Positions 10,045 through 17,887 of a DNA stretch of 60,933 nucleotides are shown piece by piece. The position numbers and the translations under genes were made by a program. The first letter of the stretch is position 1, and the number at the start of each line of letters is the position of its first letter. The DNA lies in the NCBI GenBank assembly GCA_003554445.1, contig PWGJ01000059.1, forward strand, positions 1 to 60,933. Direction: 5' to 3'. This DNA is from Candidatus Nealsonbacteria bacterium. Lineage in GTDB: Bacteria; Patescibacteriota; Minisyncoccia; Minisyncoccales; PWPS01. The notes below the pieces were generated by a model. The model was not told where the DNA came from and made no database searches. It saw nothing but the letters and a program-made list of their open reading frames with translations.

Positions 10045-10503
10045 ATGGCAAGAAAAAAACAAAAAAAAGATAAAGAATTTAATTCGGATGTTTTGGATAT
10101 TGATAGAGTTGAGAGAATGACCGCCGGAGGAAGAAGGCTTAGGTTTAGAGCTTTGGTCGCCGTAGGTAACAGAAAAGGAAAAGTGGGAGTCGGACTGGCA
10201 AAAGGAAACGATGTTGGTAAAGCGATTGAAAAAGCAACCAGAAAAGCTAAAAAAGAGATGATTGAAGTTAAGCTCACGGAAGAAGGAACCATTGCTCATG
10301 AAGTGATAGGGAAACATGGAGCAGCCAGAGTGCTTCTGAAACCTCAATCAAAAGGACGTGGACTGGTTGCGGGAGGAGCTGTAAGATCAATTTGCTCAAT
10401 GGCCGGTGTTTCGGATATATCTTCAAAGATTTTGGGAAATACCAGAAATAAATTAAATAATGCAAAAGCAACAATAGAAGCGTTAAACAAATTAAAAGAA
10501 TAA
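10045..10503 (+). CDS. rpsE: 30S ribosomal protein S5
   Basis: 152 aa, S5 family (RVERMTAGGRRLRFRALVAVGN...). Confidence 0.96.
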   Translation: MARKKQKKDKEFNSDVLDIDRVERMTAGGRRLRFRALVAVGNRKGKVGVGLAKGNDVGKAIEKATRKAKKEMIEVKLTEEGTIAHEVIGKHGAARVLLKPQSKGRGLVAGGAVRSICSMAGVSDISSKILGNTRNKLNNAKATIEALNKLKE

Positions 10504-10925
10504 TGCAACTTCACGATTTAAAATCAAAAGATAAGAAAGATAAAAAGAGAGTCGGGCGCGGTGGTGCTCGGGGAACTTATTGTGGTCGAGGAGTAAAAGG
10601 ACAGAAAGCGAGAGCGGGAAGCGGCGGCGAACCCATAATCAGAAGGTTTATAAAGCGATATCCTAAACTCAGAGGCTACAGGACGAAGGATGGAAAGAAG
10701 AGTGCCGTGGTTAATGTGGTTAATCTTGAAAATGCCTTTGATGACGGAGATGAAGTTACTCCCGAAAGTTTAGTTCGAAAAGGGTTAATCAGAAGAAGGG
10801 ATGGAAAATTACCTCCCGTTAAGATTTTAGGAGAAGGTAAATTGGAAAAATCTTTAACCATTAAGAATTGTAAAGTCTCCAAAACTGCAAAAGAAAAAAT
10901 TAAAAAAGCAGGAGGAGATTTTTAA
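10503..10925 (+). CDS. rplO: 50S ribosomal protein L15
   Basis: 140 aa, L15 family (LHDLKS...RVGRGGARGTYCGRG). The start overlaps the rpsE stop by 1 nt. Confidence 0.95.
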   Translation: MQLHDLKSKDKKDKKRVGRGGARGTYCGRGVKGQKARAGSGGEPIIRRFIKRYPKLRGYRTKDGKKSAVVNVVNLENAFDDGDEVTPESLVRKGLIRRRDGKLPPVKILGEGKLEKSLTIKNCKVSKTAKEKIKKAGGDF

Positions 10926-10928
10926 GCT

Positions 10929-12203
10929 ATGATTGAAAAAATAACTCAAATATTTAAAATTGAGGATCTTAGAAAGAGAATTCTTTTTGTTTTGGGAATG
11001 CTTGCTATTTTCAGAGTGATGGCCAATATTCCGATGCCGGGCATGGATGCTGATCGCCTTGAAGAGTTTTTTGCTCAATTTCAAATGTTTGAGTTTGCAA
11101 ATGTTTTTACCGGTGGAACCATGGATAGATTTTCTATCGCCATGCTCGGTCTGGGACCGTACATTACCGCGGTTATTGTAATGCAGCTCCTTACTATGGT
11201 TTTTCCGAAGTTGGAAAGAATGTACAAGGAGGAGGGTGAACAAGGAAAGCAAAAGATCAATCAATACGGAAGACTTCTGACGGTTCCTTTTGCTATTATG
11301 CAGACCTTTGGAATGCTTACTCTTTTTCAAAATCAAGGAGTTATTGATCCTTTAGGGCCGGTAACTCTTATTTCTTCGGTTTTAACCGTTACGGCCGGTA
11401 CCGTATTTCTTATGTGGTTGGGTGAACTTATCAGTGAAAAAGGAATCGGTAACGGAGTTTCGATTATGATTTTTGCCGGTATTATTGCCAACGTTCCCGC
11501 TCAAATATATGAAGCTATTGTCGGTTGGGATGTAGCGCAGTTGCCGTCTTATATAATATTTTTAGTTCTAGCTGTCTTTATAGTGGCAGCCGTTGTTTTG
11601 GTTAATGAAGCCAGAAGAAATATTCCGGTATCATATGCAAAAAGAGTTAAAGGTAGAAAAGTGTATGGTGGATCTTCAACATATATACCGTTAAACATTA
11701 ACCCGGCAGGAGTAATTCCGATTATATTCGCTCTTTCACTTATGGCGATGCCACCCATGGTTGCTCAATTTTTGGCGGAAGCGGGTGGAACGGTGGGTTC
11801 CATTGCGCAGTCGGTAGGTTACTTCTTGGAAAATCCATGGGTTCAAGGATTCGCTTACTTCGGGTTGGTTTTCCTGTTTACATTTTTCTACACGGCAGTC
11901 ACCTTTGATCCTGAGAATGTTGCTGACAATTTAAAAAAGATGGGTGGTTTCGTTCCCGGAATAAGACCCGGAAAGCCGACTGAGAGTCATATCAGATATA
12001 TATTAAATCGTGTCCTTACCGTCGGTGCTTTGTATTTAGCGACCATTGCGGTAATGCCACAAATCGTCGCCGGAATTACCGGTGTGGGAACTTTTCAATT
12101 CTTAATTGGTGGAGCTTCAATTTTAATTATCGTATCAGTGGTATTGGATACCACCCAGCAAATAAATGCTCAACTTCAAATGAGAGAGTACGAAGAGATT
12201 TAA
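10929..12203 (+). CDS. secY: Preprotein translocase subunit SecY
   Basis: 424 aa, multi-TM, with SecY strings (GMDADRL..., LGLGPYITA, GELISEKGIGNG). Canonical position after rplO. Confidence 0.97.
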   Translation: MIEKITQIFKIEDLRKRILFVLGMLAIFRVMANIPMPGMDADRLEEFFAQFQMFEFANVFTGGTMDRFSIAMLGLGPYITAVIVMQLLTMVFPKLERMYKEEGEQGKQKINQYGRLLTVPFAIMQTFGMLTLFQNQGVIDPLGPVTLISSVLTVTAGTVFLMWLGELISEKGIGNGVSIMIFAGIIANVPAQIYEAIVGWDVAQLPSYIIFLVLAVFIVAAVVLVNEARRNIPVSYAKRVKGRKVYGGSSTYIPLNINPAGVIPIIFALSLMAMPPMVAQFLAEAGGTVGSIAQSVGYFLENPWVQGFAYFGLVFLFTFFYTAVTFDPENVADNLKKMGGFVPGIRPGKPTESHIRYILNRVLTVGALYLATIAVMPQIVAGITGVGTFQFLIGGASILIIVSVVLDTTQQINAQLQMREYEEI

Positions 12204-12286
12204 GAATAGATTTTTTGGTCTTAATATAGAAATAAAAGATTAATATCTACTTAATAAATGGAATTTTTAAAACCAAATAAATTTCC

Positions 12287-12320
12287 AAGCAATCTGTGAA
12301 AGGGTTGCTTCTTTTTATTT
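12287..12320 (+). terminator. Probable intrinsic terminator after secY
   Basis: AAGCAATCT pairs with GGGTTGCTT (stem includes G-U pairs), followed by CTTTTTATTT. Confidence 0.5.
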
Positions 12321-12354
12321 AAGATAAGATTACAAACAATTAATAAAATATAAT

Positions 12355-12924
12355 ATGAAATTAGTTTCATTCATAGGCCGACCCGGTTGCGGGAAAGGAA
12401 CACAAGCGGAGAGAATTATTAAAAAAACCAGCTGGGAGCCGATTTATACCGGAAAGCTTTTAAGAGAAAAGGCGAAAGATGATGATTTCATGGGTCAAAA
12501 GATAGAAAAGGCTCTTTCTGAAGGAAGGCTTATTCCTACGCCGGTAGTGTTTAACATCTGGATGCCGAAATTAATTGAATTCAAAAAAGCGGGTAATGTA
12601 GATGGAGTTCTTTTTGATGGAAATCCGAGAAAACTTTATGAAGCAAGAATGCTTGATGAAGTTTTTAAAATGTTCGAGTGGGATGATTTTACCCCAATTC
12701 ACATTGATATAAGCCGTGAGGAGTCGAAAGAGAGACTTTTGAAGCGAGGACGAGCCGATGATCATGAAGATGAAATTGAGCGGAGATTGAGCTGGTTTGA
12801 AAGCGATGTCCAGCCGGTACTGGATTATTATGAAGAGAAAGGTATTTTAAAAACTGTAGACGGTGAGCAATCAATAGAAGAGGTTCAAAGAGATATTGTA
12901 AAAGTATTAAAATTAAATGGCTAA
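12355..12924 (+). CDS. adk: Adenylate kinase (short type)
   Basis: 189 aa with P-loop GRPGCGKGTQ. Canonical position between secY and map. Confidence 0.9.
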   Translation: MKLVSFIGRPGCGKGTQAERIIKKTSWEPIYTGKLLREKAKDDDFMGQKIEKALSEGRLIPTPVVFNIWMPKLIEFKKAGNVDGVLFDGNPRKLYEARMLDEVFKMFEWDDFTPIHIDISREESKERLLKRGRADDHEDEIERRLSWFESDVQPVLDYYEEKGILKTVDGEQSIEEVQRDIVKVLKLNG

Positions 12925-13648
12925 ATTAAAAGATAAAAAAGAGATTCAGATAATGAGAGAGGCGGGAAGTAAATTGTCAACGGTTATGGAGAGTTTGAAA
13001 AAAGAGGTAAGTCCCGGAAAGACAACAAAAGATCTTGAAGAAAAAGCCAAAGAGTTGATCTCCAAAGAAGGCGGAAAACCTTCTTTTTTGGGTTACAAAG
13101 AGTTTCCGGCTGCAATTTGCACATCGGTTAACCGGATAGTCGTACATGGAATTCCCTCTGATCGTGTTTTAAATAAGGGAGATATAATATCGATAGATAT
13201 CGGACTGGAATGGAAAGGTTATCATTCCGATATGGCGGTAACCGTACCGGTCGGAAAAATCAGTCGAAAAGCGGAAAAACTTTTGCGAGTAACAGAAGAA
13301 TCCTTGGATTTAGCGATAAAGCAATCAAAGAAAGGGAAGAGACTGGGTGATATCGGAAACGCGGTTGAAAAACATGTTACTGAAAACGGACTCGTTGTCG
13401 TACGAGGCTTGTGCGGACACGGAATTGGGAAGGAAGTTCATGAAAATCCTCAAATTATGAATACGGGTAGTGCGAATAGAGGGTGGAAAATCAGGGAAGG
13501 ATTCACTTTTTGCATTGAACCGATGGTTACATTTGAAAATCCCAAAATATATCATGACAAGGAAGGAATTAAAACTGAAAATATATCCGCTCATTTTGAG
13601 CACACCATTGCAATAGTGGACGGAAATCCCGAAATATTAACTGCTTGA
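12917..13648 (+). CDS. map: Methionine aminopeptidase type I
   Basis: 243 aa with M24 metal-ligand context (VHGIPS, DIGLEWKGYHSD, GHGIG, FCIEP). Confidence 0.95.
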   Translation: MAKLKDKKEIQIMREAGSKLSTVMESLKKEVSPGKTTKDLEEKAKELISKEGGKPSFLGYKEFPAAICTSVNRIVVHGIPSDRVLNKGDIISIDIGLEWKGYHSDMAVTVPVGKISRKAEKLLRVTEESLDLAIKQSKKGKRLGDIGNAVEKHVTENGLVVVRGLCGHGIGKEVHENPQIMNTGSANRGWKIREGFTFCIEPMVTFENPKIYHDKEGIKTENISAHFEHTIAIVDGNPEILTA

Positions 13649-13671
13649 ACATCCGAAAATAGTCCAAACTT

Positions 13672-13704
13672 AAAATCGCCCTCTTGAGGCGATTTTGTTT
13701 TTTT
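13672..13704. terminator. Hairpin terminator between convergent map and phosphorylase genes
   Basis: AAAATCGCC (13672-13680) pairs with GGCGATTTT (13688-13696). A T-run follows on the plus strand and an A-run precedes, so it is usable on both strands. Confidence 0.7.
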
Positions 13705-13709
13705 AATCG

Positions 13710-15407
13710 TTAGAGATAAGCTTCTTGAGTGTATTGACGGAGCATTCTTTCAGAATTAAAGAATGAAGCGTTTATTGCGATGGTATTGCGCATCGTTTTT
13801 CGCCAACTGGTTGGTGAATTGTAATACAGGGGTAAAATTTTATTCTCCAACTTAAAATATAGATCGTTTGCATCTCGTTTCAAGATGCTTTGATCATCTG
13901 CATCTTTCTCTTTTTTGCCAATTGCCCAACCTGTCTTTTTCTCAATAAAGCCTTCTATCCACCACCCGTCCAAGGTACTGAAATGAGGTACTCCGTTGTG
14001 AGCCGCTTTCATCCCGCTGGTTCCCGAACCTTCATTGGGTGGAAGGGGTGTATTCAACCAAATATCGACACCGGGGATTAAAAGCTTGGCTAAGTTTATA
14101 TCGTAGTCCTCCAAGAAAACTATATCAATTTTATCTTCATACTCTTTTGTTATTTCAAACACCTTCTTTATCATATCTTTTCCTTGCCCGTCGGCCGGAT
14201 GCGCTTTGCCCGCATAAATAATTTGCAACTTTCCGATATTTTCGTGAATTCTAATCAATTCTTCCATATCGTGGAATAGAAGTGTCGGTCGTTTGTAAGT
14301 TGCAAAGCGACGTGCGAAACCGATTGTGAATATATCTTCGGATAATTTTTTGTTTTGTTCTTTATGGATATAATCAATAAGTCTCTTTTTTGCACTTTGA
14401 TGTGCCTCCCATATTTTTACCGGGGGAATATTAAGCGCATTTCTTAAAGATAAACTGCACCCTCTCCAATTGGGAGTATGTTCATCGAAGAGCTTTTTGA
14501 ATTCTGGCGCAGTCCAAGTTTGTGAGTGTACCCCGTTGGTTACGGAAGCAATTTCATAATTCGGAAACATTTCAGTTGATACTTTTTGATGTTCTCTGGA
14601 AACTCCGTTTATATAGGAACTGAAGTAGATTGCCAGCTTACTCATATTCAGCTGGTTGTCACTTGCGAGCCCCGGAAATTTATAAGGAAAATCGGGCTGC
14701 AACCTCTTTACCGCATCCAAAGGAAAAACATCATGACCGGCTTTTACCGGTGTGTGAGTAGTAAAAACTAATTTTTCTCGAATTTCCTCTCTTATTGTCT
14801 CAGCTTTTTCTGAATTTAGAGACAGGGGCTTAGGTTCATATTGGGAAAAGAGTTCAATACCTACGAAAGCGGCATGCCCTTCATTGAGATGATATTTTTC
14901 AATATTTTGATGACCTAGCAGAGGTAAAAGCTTTACTCCCGCTCTACCTAAAACTATCTCTTGCATCAGTCGATACTCTTGACCACCACCGTAAAGTTGA
15001 CCGGTTAAATTTCTATACTTTTCTTCGTTTTCATCGAGATCGGTATCCAGAAAATAGACCGGTACGGAGTAGCCACCGTATCCTTCTATTTCATACTTCC
15101 AGGCTTGAACTTTAACTTTATCTTTTCCAATATGTATGGTCGTTTCGGCATCCATCTTTTCGAATCCGGAATAATCGTATTCATCTTCTTTTTCTTCCTG
15201 CCACCCATCTTCGGTTATAATTTGCTTGAAGTAACCTTTACTGTTGAGGAGAGTTATTCCGAGCATCGGAATTTTAAGATCGGCAGCCGATTTCAAGGTG
15301 TCACCCGCCAAAACCCCCAGCCCTCCACTGTAGCTTTTTATCTCATTTTTTATTCCTATTTCCATACTGAAATAAGCAATTTTGACTTCTCTATTTTCGG
15401 ATTCCAT
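13710..15407 (-). CDS. Alpha-glucan phosphorylase (GT35 family, short form)
   Basis: 565 aa with an N-terminal IAYFSMEIG...GGLGVLAGD and a PLP-Lys region GTSGMKAAHNG. Confidence 0.85.
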   Translation of the reverse strand: MESENREVKIAYFSMEIGIKNEIKSYSGGLGVLAGDTLKSAADLKIPMLGITLLNSKGYFKQIITEDGWQEEKEDEYDYSGFEKMDAETTIHIGKDKVKVQAWKYEIEGYGGYSVPVYFLDTDLDENEEKYRNLTGQLYGGGQEYRLMQEIVLGRAGVKLLPLLGHQNIEKYHLNEGHAAFVGIELFSQYEPKPLSLNSEKAETIREEIREKLVFTTHTPVKAGHDVFPLDAVKRLQPDFPYKFPGLASDNQLNMSKLAIYFSSYINGVSREHQKVSTEMFPNYEIASVTNGVHSQTWTAPEFKKLFDEHTPNWRGCSLSLRNALNIPPVKIWEAHQSAKKRLIDYIHKEQNKKLSEDIFTIGFARRFATYKRPTLLFHDMEELIRIHENIGKLQIIYAGKAHPADGQGKDMIKKVFEITKEYEDKIDIVFLEDYDINLAKLLIPGVDIWLNTPLPPNEGSGTSGMKAAHNGVPHFSTLDGWWIEGFIEKKTGWAIGKKEKDADDQSILKRDANDLYFKLENKILPLYYNSPTSWRKTMRNTIAINASFFNSERMLRQYTQEAYL

Positions 15408-15569
15408 GATGATTTTAATTTTTAAATTAAATAAAATCTATGTTAAATCAGTCTATCAAAAGAAATAGAGTTGGACAAGAAAAGTTAATTTAAGCTTAAG
15501 TACGGGGCTTGTTTTTTAAGGGGTTTTTATTTATAATTTTAAACAGTTAAAAGAATTAATTGCAACTTG

Positions 15570-16628
15570 ATGAGTAAGAAGCATATAAATGCAGCCGAAG
15601 GGGTAGAAGAAGGTGATTTCCCTTCCGAGCTGAGATATGATTTAGCTTCAAAAAATTGGGTAGTGATAGCATCGGGAAGATCAAAAAGACCGGAAACATT
15701 CAAGGAGGAAAAGAAAACAGTCAATAGTTCGGATCCCGAAGATTGCCCTTTTTGCAAAGATGAAAATTACGAGCATGTAGTGGAAGTGGCAACCGAAAAA
15801 GGTGTAATAAAACCCAATAAAAAACTTCCCGAAGATTGGTTTGTGGCATCGATTCCGAACAAGTTTCCCGCCTTCATCCCCGATAGCAAGCTGGATGAAA
15901 AAAAAGAAAACGGTCTCTACAAAAAAATGAATGCAGTTGGCTATCATGAAGTAATAATCAGCAAGAATCACAATAAATCGGTGGGAGAGATGAGCGTTGA
16001 GGAGGTACGTCAAATTTTTAATCTCTACAGAAGTCGGTATCGAGACTTAAAATCGAAAAAGAATGTAAATCATATTTCAATATTTCATAACCATGGAAAA
16101 GAGGCGGGTGCATCAATTGATCATCCTCATTCACAATTAGCTACTACACCCCTCGTGGATGTCGATCTCAACTCAGCTTTGGAGTCGGCAAAGGAATATA
16201 AAAATGAAAAGGGCAACTGTCTTTATTGCGATATGCAGGGGTGGGAATTGAGAAAAAAAGAGAGAGTAGTGTATGAAAATGATGATTTTTTGGCTGTCTG
16301 CCCTTTTGCTTCCAAAGTCGCTTTCCAAACTATAGTTACACCTAAAAAACATTATTCCAATTTTGAAGATATCTCCGATAAGTTGCTCGCTTCATTGGCC
16401 GACGCTTTTCAAAAGACCATGAAAAAGATTTATAAGGGAGTCGGCAATCCACCTTACAATTATTATTTACATACCGCACCTTGTGACGGAGAAGATCATG
16501 ACTATTATCATTGGCACTGGACGATATTACCGAAAACCTCCGTTTTTGCCGGTTTCGAACTCGGTGCGGGAATAGAGATTTCAACAATCAAACCGGAAAT
16601 AGCAGCTAAACATTTAAAAAAGATATGA
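15570..16628 (+). CDS. galT: Galactose-1-phosphate uridylyltransferase
   Basis: About 352 aa with the N-terminal CPFC zinc motif and the HPHSQ (HxHxQ) active site. ATG at 15570; the track start at 15567 is TTG. Confidence 0.85.
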   Translation: MSKKHINAAEGVEEGDFPSELRYDLASKNWVVIASGRSKRPETFKEEKKTVNSSDPEDCPFCKDENYEHVVEVATEKGVIKPNKKLPEDWFVASIPNKFPAFIPDSKLDEKKENGLYKKMNAVGYHEVIISKNHNKSVGEMSVEEVRQIFNLYRSRYRDLKSKKNVNHISIFHNHGKEAGASIDHPHSQLATTPLVDVDLNSALESAKEYKNEKGNCLYCDMQGWELRKKERVVYENDDFLAVCPFASKVAFQTIVTPKKHYSNFEDISDKLLASLADAFQKTMKKIYKGVGNPPYNYYLHTAPCDGEDHDYYHWHWTILPKTSVFAGFELGAGIEISTIKPEIAAKHLKKI

Positions 16629-17302
16629 AATTATTAATAGGTAACTGGAAAATGAATCCAACCGATCCGGAGGAAGCCGAAAAGATATTTTCTACGGTTA
16701 AAAAATCTCCCGGTGATCCCGATGTTGAAGTGGTAATAACCCCTCCGTCAATTTATATTCCACTTTTTAAAGACAGAGGTATAAGCGTTGGCGCTCAAAA
16801 TATTTATTTTAAAGACAAAGGATCTTTTACCGGGGAAATTTCGGCAAAAATGATAAAAAACTCCGGATGTAAGTATGTAATTGTAGGACATTCGGAAAGA
16901 AGAAATATATTTAATGAAACCGATGAGGAGGTCAATAGGAAGGTAAAGACGATTTTAAAAAATGATTTAATACCAATAATTTGTGTAGGAGAGTCCAGAG
17001 AAGAAAAAAATAACGGACAAACCGGTAAAGTAATCAGAAATCAATTGAAAAAGGCTTTATCCGACATCGATTCACCCAAAGGTTTGGTAATAGGCTACGA
17101 ACCGGTTTGGGCAATAGGATCGGGAAAACCGTGCAAGCCGGAAACCGCATTAAAGATGAGACTTTTAATAAAAAAAACGGTAGCACATCTCTTTTCCAGG
17201 GATGTTGCCGAAGAGACTTTAATAGTCTACGGTGGTAGTGTTAATTTGGGAAATTGCAGCAATTACACCAAAGAAGCTAAGTTTGACGGATTTCTTGTCT
17301 GA
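16625..17302 (+). CDS. tpiA: Triosephosphate isomerase, ORF as delimited by an in-frame TGA (homology continues in frame to 17353)
   Basis: TIM motifs are present (NWKMN, IVGHSERR, YEPVWAIGSG). The ORF ends ...DGFLV-TGA. The next 16 in-frame codons read GASLTPNKFAKMIREM, then TAG at 17351-17353, which completes the conserved DG.LVGGASL motif. Confidence 0.9.
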   Translation: MKLLIGNWKMNPTDPEEAEKIFSTVKKSPGDPDVEVVITPPSIYIPLFKDRGISVGAQNIYFKDKGSFTGEISAKMIKNSGCKYVIVGHSERRNIFNETDEEVNRKVKTILKNDLIPIICVGESREEKNNGQTGKVIRNQLKKALSDIDSPKGLVIGYEPVWAIGSGKPCKPETALKMRLLIKKTVAHLFSRDVAEETLIVYGGSVNLGNCSNYTKEAKFDGFLV

Positions 17303-17357
17303 GGAGCATCACTAACACCGAATAAATTTGCAAAAATGATTAGAGAAATGTAGTTCA

Positions 17358-17873
17358 ATGAGTATAAAAAAAGGTAAATTTTATAATCCGACCGCGGGCT
17401 TAATCCATTTTGATGAAGTTCTTCGGGAGATAACCGATTACATGAAAAAAATGCCCGGCGAAAGTTACAGCATAGTGGTCGGATGTGATTCATCCTCGGA
17501 AAACAGGCCCAGCTTTCCTATTGCAATAGTCGTTTTACGTAAAGGAAGGGGTGGAAGATTTTTCTTGAAAAAAACTGATTATTCGGTTATTTCGAGAGAT
17601 AATTTCGGTAGTTGGAAAGAAAGAATACTGGAAGAAGTCTTTTTATCTTGCAAACTGGCGGTCACTCTTAAGGATGATTTGGAAGTGGCGGTTGAGAGTC
17701 TTTCCTCTCAACCCGATTATCAATTTGAATATATACATGCCGATATAGGTCAAAATGGATTAACTAAAGACATGATTAAGGAGGTCACCGCGCTTATTAG
17801 AGGTAATGGATTTGAACCTAGAATTAAACCACACTCCTATGCGGCATCAATAGTAGCTGATAGATTCACTTAA
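17358..17873 (+). CDS. YkuK/DUF458-like protein (RNase H-like fold family), function unknown
   Basis: 171 aa. The pattern VVGCDSS...FPIAIVVLRKGRGGRFF resembles the YkuK family as recalled from memory. Not verified by search. Confidence 0.5.
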   Translation: MSIKKGKFYNPTAGLIHFDEVLREITDYMKKMPGESYSIVVGCDSSSENRPSFPIAIVVLRKGRGGRFFLKKTDYSVISRDNFGSWKERILEEVFLSCKLAVTLKDDLEVAVESLSSQPDYQFEYIHADIGQNGLTKDMIKEVTALIRGNGFEPRIKPHSYAASIVADRFT

Positions 17874-17887
17874 TTTTTTTAAAAAAT

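Noticed and set aside
10854-11336. Other sizeable antisense or alternative-frame ORFs from the track (for example 10854-11336, 3076-3495, 9349-9741, 19899-20423, 27700-28203, 38309-38839, 35255-35665, 43560-43998).
   Set aside because: Each is fully embedded opposite or out of frame within a highly conserved gene (secY, rplC/rplD, rplF, gyrB, pheS, thyA/folA and others). They have AT-bias-type compositions and no SD, promoter or family resemblance.
17300-17302. Genome-wide UGA=Gly recoding (genetic code 25, as in Gracilibacteria/SR1) or TAG reassignment as the explanation for the tpiA and gatA in-frame stops.
   Set aside because: About 85 genes are intact under code 11. TGA ends many genes at family-typical C-termini, often in ATGA start/stop overlaps (rplD/rplW, rplN/rplX, mreB/holB, frr/rseP, galT/tpiA). 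TAG ends tuf at its normal C-terminus. A recoded genome would show many internal TGA or TAG codons per gene, and only one of each is seen.
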